From the human T2T-CHM13v2.0 reference genome, Homo sapiens, in NCBI RefSeq assembly GCF_009914755.1, contig NC_060932.1: 64,000 bases of DNA. One strand, given 5' to 3'. The notes under the pieces were generated by a model. The model did not search any database. It was given only the letters and a program-made list of their open reading frames with translations, and had not been told where the DNA came from. The position numbers were made by a program, and so were the translations under genes. The first letter of the stretch is position 1. Each line of letters opens with the position of its first letter. Below, piece after piece: positions 57,046 through 64,000 of this stretch.

Positions 57046-57727
57046 GTTTCTCATTGCAAGGATTTTGCCCAGTCTAGGATCAAATTTTGTTTTCCCTGGG
57101 AAGTTCTTTCTGACCTAATCCCACTACATAAACTCTTAGCACTCATTTCCAGCACTCATTTCCAGGTAATGCAATCTGGTTAATTGCTTATAGGTAAAGT
57201 AGATGCCAGCTCCCTGGCATTGCCCAAGTCCTTTGGAATTATAGGGTCATGACTTTCTGTAGTATTTTAATATAAATGGGTTGAACTTTCACTCTACACA
57301 TAGAAGTCCACAATATTCTAAATGTTTTAGAAATTAATAAGAAACTTAAATTTCTTTATAACTCCTGTATCCAAATCTCTAAATAGCTGCATGCAAGTTG
57401 TTGCTACATCTTGTTGTCTGTACATTCTGACCCATTTTTGCAACTCCTTCATCCTCATAGGATATAAAGGCTAATCGTTTCCTGAACAGAATACTAGCTA
57501 GTGTGATCCAGACTTTGCTGAAAAGTTGAGGGTAGTGGTAGTGATGGTAGTAGGGGTGGAGCTTCTTCACACTGCAACACAGCAAATTAAATATACTCTT
57601 AGATTCACCTGGCCTTAAAACTCTCTCAGCCATCTGATCTACCCTCAGCCTCTTCTACCTTTTCATCAACTCCACCGACTTATTTTCCTCTCATGTTTTC
57701 TTTTTTTTTTCTTGCTCATTCTTTGTC

Positions 57728-57921
57728 TAGTGGTTTTCCATCATAGTTAACCATTTGAAACATCCGGTGAGTCTTACAAAAATGCCAGTGTTAGGGTCCT
57801 ACCAAAGCAATAAAATCAGAAGTTCTGGAGTACAGCTCAGTCATCAGTTTTTGTTGTGGTCTTTATTGTTGTTTAATTTACCTAGATTATTCTAATATAT
57901 AGCCAGGTTTAAGAACCATTC
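57728..57921. mobile_element. MER5A-like hAT-Charlie MITE
   Basis: tagtggttttc...aaatcagaa...ttctaatatatagccaggtttaagaaccatt. Confidence 0.7.
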
Positions 57922-60900
57922 AATACATCCAGCATATCACTCTGAGGGTATGTTTTTTCATACTAAGAAAGGTCACCAAGGTATTTATGTAAATAAATAC
58001 ATTCTCTCCACCAGAAAGTCACTTCTGACTTCCACCTGACACCTTCCTCTGACACTTCTTGACTCCCTGACTTTAATAAAAAATATTCTTCCCCCAGTAT
58101 TAGGTTGATTTATTGTTTCATTTTTCATTTCTATTTCCTTTGCTAGATTCTAAGATTCATGAGGACAGGATTAGGGTTTGTGTCTTGTTTGTTATTGTTT
58201 CTTAGAAGAGAAAAAGACAACAAAATAGCACCTGAGGAGATTAGTCACTCATAAACATTTGTTGAATAAGTCAATGAATTTACAATTGCAGAGAAATTGA
58301 AAGAATAAAGAAGAAAAGAATATTTTATCTATTTAAAAATTGATGTGGAAAGAGTACAGAAAGATATACATTTTATATTAGTTCTCAATATTTTTATTAG
58401 TTTTAATATATTAAAACTCAATATAGTTTTATTCCCAAACAAATATTTCCATAGTTGTTTGGGAATATAAATTTGCATTATGAGTAATTTTTATTTCTCA
58501 TAAAATCATCATACATGATAATTAAATTTAATTACAAGTAAAGAATTTTAGAGGAAATTAGCTACCATTAATCTTCTAGCCCTTCAAACACTGACTCTCA
58601 GAGTGGCTGGAATAAGAAAAAGAATTCCAAACAGTGGGGGATATTATCAAATATATTTTCCCAGCAGGAAACAGGCAAACAGATTTGGGAACTTCAGCAG
58701 GAAGCTTCTAGCAAAGATTTGCCGCCATATGAGAACTGGAAAAAGAACATTGGATAGTCCTTGTCTGATATTTATGTGGGTGTCCTTAAAAGAAAGGAAG
58801 GGAATGGACTTTTCCACAGCTGAGTTCCAGATGTATCCAAAGGAACACATTTTACTGTCACTGATGTCAACTGTCTCCTGACTTCTTTCACTAATTACTA
58901 CAGACTGGGCATTGTGAACCCGCATCATTTTAGGCAAGGGTTCTTGCAGATCTTGATGTATGGCGCCAGTCTGATCTCTGCTTCACAGCTTAATATTAAT
59001 ACTATTATTATAATAACTATTAATATTAATAACTATGATAAAATAACTGTCACGTAATGAGTGTCTACTGTTCAGCACATCTTTATATACATTATCTTTT
59101 GTAATCATTACAGAAAAACTAGCAATAGTTGTCACTATCTACATTTTCCAGATAAAGAAACAAATCAAGAACCAGAAAACATAAGGAGATTGTGTTCACA
59201 GAGTAAGTAAACAATTCAATAGAGACTAGAGACTCAAACTGAGAGTTTTCTTGCAGTAATATTTTCTACAAAACCTTAGAAAGAAATCATTAAAGAATAA
59301 AAGTCAAATTTAAATGTGAGCATGTTAATTTCAATTTTTCTTTCCAATCCCTGGATCTACATAATGTCCAGACAGCAACTCCATTCAGATTAGACTTTGG
59401 ACAACTGAACCATCAAATTACTGACTAACCAATAGTTGATCATAAGTAAGTGAATTGTTAGTTTGGTCTCTGTAGGATCAAAACATACAGTTTATTGATC
59501 ATCTTTCCATAGTGCCATTGATCTTAACATTGGAACTGATATACAATGTTTAAATAAATTAAAACAACAATGTCTGTTGTGCCTTCTTATCTTATTTGGT
59601 CTAGTTTATGTTACTTCTGAGATTTGGTTGTTAAAAAATACATATATTGATCTTGTTCAGCCTAAAACATGTTTTGTAACCTACTATCTAAGAAAGGTTT
59701 CAGACATAAGAGGCAGGGAGATAGCCAATTCAAACCTTCTTCCAGATGTTTGGGTTTTGAGATAGTCAGTGCTATTTGCCAGCTGGAATGTAGTTGGATT
59801 TGAGAAAGGATAATTTCCACCATGAAACTTGAACAAGTCATCACTTTAGCCTTCAAGGCAAGATCACTGACAGAGATCTAATCCCAAAACTGTAGAGAAA
59901 ATAAAATACTCTTCCTAAAAGAAGGATGCAGTATATTGGAGGCCTGGTTTCTCAAAGAAAGTGATTTTGAAAGATGGATAAGGGAGGCACATAAAATGCC
60001 TTATGCTCTGATGATTCTGTAGTTATTGATAGACAATTATTATTTTCATATAGTAATATGCACAATATAAGTCCCTGCCTGGCTGCTACTTTTTGCATAT
60101 AATTGCATAACCAATCCTGAGACTTACCCACAATCTTTGATTGTGTACTCAGTTTTACCCTATTTCTGCAACGTGATTCACATTTGTAACTTAATATTTA
60201 CTAACCAGATCCCTATGTTGTTCTTCGTACTTGGCTTTTTATTTGGGAAATTTATTTGGGGTCCCATACCTCTAAAACTGGGATCTAGCTTTATTTTTTT
60301 CAAACCAGTTGCCAGGAACTGAAGTTCTGGCCCTGGCTCTTTGTCTAATGCCGGAGGCATTTTTAGCCAGTCATAGATTTCCCTGATACCTACCAGCTAC
60401 TTTGATTCCTATCATTTGCTTCAGGCTCCCATCCCTCACTAGGGATGCCTCTAGGTACGCTTCCCCCAACCCATACCTCATAATAAATACCTTCTGAGTA
60501 CCATTTTGTCATTAATCCTTTGCATTGGGGGTTATGTTGGGTGGACTGGACTTTCTTCTGGTACCTATGGCTGCTCTGTTTCCTGCACCCATCACTCGCA
60601 GGATTTTTTCTGTTTGCCCCATCCCATTGCATCACTAAACCTTGAGCAGACATATGACACACAGGACCCCATAAATCCTAACTGCTGAATATGCAGACAA
60701 ATATTCCATTCTGGCTAGTGTGTGGGGTTGCACAATTCCACATGACCTATATCACTGCTGGCACATTCTCTTTTAGGAACAATTCCTCTTCCTGGAAATA
60801 ATCACAACCAGAAGCATCAAATTTTGCAACACTCTGGGAAACAACTTGAATAATTCTGTGAGAGTGAAGAAGATATCAAGTGTCAGTCATGGGACTGATT

Positions 60901-62274
60901 TTTATTAGAATAAGAAAAGTGTATATGGGCTGTCTTGATCACAGGAATTTCTTCCTGCCTGTTTTCAAAATATACACATGATGATATTGCTTCATATATT
61001 CAGGTAAAGTGTCTATATTTCTCCATGAAAATTTTGAAGACATCTGAGCAATGGAAATGTTTATTTCTTCAGAAGTCTTTGAAATTAGAATATGTTCTCA
61101 CTTATTTCAGATTTAGCACAAAGGCAAAATTCTAACCTGATTTTCCGGCTTCATATCAAGCTCTGTATCTCTAGATTGCATTTTGTCATATGCATTTTGG
61201 CTTCTGAAATCTTATGTCACATACAATATTTGTCATTAAAATTAGAATTATAAATACATAAACATATGTATATATAGACACACGTATAGTCACGTAACAT
61301 CTTATAAAGTACATTTACATATAATATTTTATTAAAAGCCTCGAAGTGTACTGTAGGTTGAATATTATCTTCATTTTTATAGATACAGAAACAGAAATCT
61401 CAATTGAATGAGACTTTAGCAAAACAAAAACTGAATTTAGGTCCCATTGTTTCAAATCTCCTGCTGTTTCAACAGGTTCCCCTCACCAAGCTTACTGCCT
61501 TAGTCATCACCCCTTCTCTGTGTTGTTTACAAGTATGGAGTATATTAAAATTGAAATATGTACTATAAAAAGATGATATAAACTAAAATTTCAACTGAGT
61601 GCCCCATCTGGTAAATTATAATATCTTATATTTTACATAACCCTTAGAAGCATTACTCACTTACTAGATAACTTGGGACAGAAAATTCTCTTATCTCCCC
61701 TTACCTAACATGGGAGAAGAAAGTATCAAAATCACTAACCTAAATAATGAAAATGCAGCACAATGATTTCATTGCTGTATTCATTTATTGAAGCAACACA
61801 GTTTGGTTGAGCATCTCTTAAGTATCAGGTACTGTGATAGAAATGGAGAGTACAGAGATAAGAAAAAAAGACAATGTTTACTCTGAATTGCTCATAAGTC
61901 TAATGGTGAAAGCTGTAAATATTTTTAACAGAGATACCCTCAAAAGGTTATAGGGGCTTAGAGAAAGAGAACCCCACTGTATTAGTGGAAGCATAAAAAG
62001 TTTCATGGAGTCATAAAAAAGCACATAAACAAGGGGATGTTCCAAGATGGCCGAATAGGAACAGCTCCAGTCTGCAGCTCCCAGCGTGATTGATGCAGAA
62101 GACAGGTGATTTCTGCATTTCCAACTGAGTTACCTGGTTCATCTCACTGGGACTGATTAGACAGTGGGTGCAGCCCATGGAGGGCAAGCTGAAGCAAGGC
62201 GGGGCGTCACCTCACCCAGGAAGCGCAAGGGGTCGGGGGACTTCCCTTTCCTAGCCAAGGGAAGCTGTGACAGA

Positions 62275-62454
62275 CTACCTGGAAAAATGGGACACTCCCG
62301 CCCAAATACTGCATTTTTCCCAAGGTCTTAGCAACTGGCAGACAAGGAGATTCTCTCCTGTGCCTGGCTCGGTGGGTCCCATGCCCACAGAGCCTTGCTC
62401 ACTGCTAGCACAGCAGTCTGAGATTGAACTGCGAGGTGGAGGGGTGTTCACCAT
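62275..62454 (-). CDS. ORF0: L1 ORF0 homolog, 59 aa; expression unknown
   Basis: MVNTPPPRSSISDCCASSEQGSVGMGPTEPG...HFSR*; in-frame loss of about 5 codons; stop overlaps the CAG/GTAG donor. Confidence 0.45.
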   Translation of the reverse strand: MVNTPPPRSSISDCCASSEQGSVGMGPTEPGTGENLLVCQLLRPWEKCSIWAGVSHFSR

Positions 62455-63051
62455 TGCTGAGGCTGGAGTAGGTAAACAAACCGGCCGGGAAGCTCGAACA
62501 GGGTGGAGCCCACCACAGCTCAACAAGGCCCACTGCCTCTAGACTCCACCTCTGTGTCAGGGCAAAGCTGAACAAAAGGCAGCAGACAACTTCTGCAGAC
62601 TTAAGCATCCCTGTCTGATAGCTCTGAAGAGAGTAGTGTTTCTCCCAGCATGGCCTTTGAGCTCTGAGAACAGACAGACTGCCTCCTCAAGTGGGTCCCT
62701 GACCCCCATGTAGCCTAACTGGGAGACACCTCCCAGTAGGGGCTGACAGACACCTCATACAGGCAGCTGCCCTTCTGGGATAAAGCTTTCAGAGGAAGGA
62801 TCAGGCAGCAATATTTGCTGTTCTGCAATATCTGCTGTTCTGCAGCCTCCGCTGGTGATACCCAGGCAAACAGCGTCTGGAGTGGACCTCCAGCAAACAC
62901 CAACAGACCTGCAGCTGAGCGACCTGACTGTTAGAAGGAAAACTAACAAACAGAAAGCAATAGCATCAACATCAACAAAAAGGTCATCTACACCAAAACC
63001 CCATCTGTAGGTTACCAACATCAAAGACCAAAGGTAGACAAAACTGCAAAG

Positions 63052-64000
63052 ATGGGGAGTAACCAGAGCAGAAAAGCTGAAAATTCTAAAAATCAGAGCA
63101 GCTCTTCTCCTCCAAAGGATTGTAGCTCCTTGCCAGCAACAGGACAAAGCTGAATGGAGAATGACTTTGACAAGTTGACAGAAGTAGGCTTCAGAAGGTC
63201 GGTAATAACAAACTTCTCTGAGCTAAAGGAGGATATTCGAACCTATCGCAAGGAAGCTAAAAATTTTGAAAAAAGATTAGCTGAATGGATAACTAGAATA
63301 AACAGTGTAGAGAAGACCATAAATGACCTGATGGAGCTGAAAACCATGGCACAAGAACTTCGTAACTCAGGCACAAGCTTCAATAGCCAATTCAATCAAA
63401 TGGAAGAAATGATATCAGTGATTGAAAATCAAATAAATGAAATAAAGCAAGAAGACAAGGTTAGAGAAAAAAGTAAAAAGAAATGAACAAAGCCTCTAAG
63501 AAATATGGGACTATGTGAAAAGACCAAATCTATGACTGATTCGTGTACCTGAAAGTGATGGGGAGAATGGAACCAAGTTGGAAAACACTCTTCAGGATAT
63601 TATCCAGGAGAATTTCCCCAACCTAGCAAGGCAGGCCAACATTCAAATTGAAGAAATACAGAGAACACCACAAAGATACTCCTTGAGAAGAGCAACTACA
63701 AGACACATAATCATCAGATTCTCTAAGGTTGAAATGAAGGAAAAAGTGTTAAGGGCAGCCATAGAGAAAGGTCGAGTTACCCACAAAGGGAAGCCCATCA
63801 GACTAACAGTGGATCTCTTGGCAGAAACCCTACAAGCCAGAAGAGAGTGGGGGCCAATATTCAACATTCTTAAAGAAAAGAATTTTCAACCCAGAATTTC
63901 ATATTCAGCCAAACTAAGCTTCATAAGTGAAGGAGAAATAAAATCCTTTACAGACAAGCAAATGCTGAGAGACTTTGTCACCACCAGGCCTGCCTTACAA
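63052..64000 (+). pseudogene. Disrupted L1 ORF1p
   Basis: MGSNQSRKAENSKNQ... hits a premature TGA at 63151-63153; MENDFDKLTEVGFRRSVITNFSELKE... is frameshifted near 63470 with a further TAA near 63497. Confidence 0.92.

Larger units (their letters stand above)
62033..64000 (+). mobile_element. L1PA (about L1PA6/7) 5' end, running off the window
   Basis: ggggatgttccaagatggccgaataggaacagctcc start with YY1 site caagatggcc, ~1.02-kb 5'UTR, then ORF1. Confidence 0.95.

Overview
Primate, most likely human, AT-rich intergenic or deep-intronic DNA dominated by interspersed repeats. It contains about 13 Alu/FRAM copies, solo LTRs (LTR12, THE1D, MSTA/MSTB, MLT1, MER4A1, MER57A1, MER61, LTR16), L1 remnants of several ages, L2/MIR fossils, small DNA-transposon relics and microsatellites. 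I recognise no host protein-coding exon, RNA gene or CRISPR array, and the ORF track is mostly chance or repeat-derived ORFs. The most unusual object is a 1.27-kb TSD-bounded 'mini-L1' (14611-15881). Its L1 5'UTR is fused through a 36-nt Alu tip to the L1 3' end, it carries a short apparent 3' transduction, and it keeps an open ORF0 (+) and an ATG-initiated ORF2 C-terminal ORF (-). It lies about 5.5 kb downstream of the predicted start site of a complete, CpG-rich LTR12 promoter on the ORF0 strand. Subfamily names come from my recollection of consensus sequences and need RepeatMasker/Dfam confirmation. All functional ideas are hypotheses.
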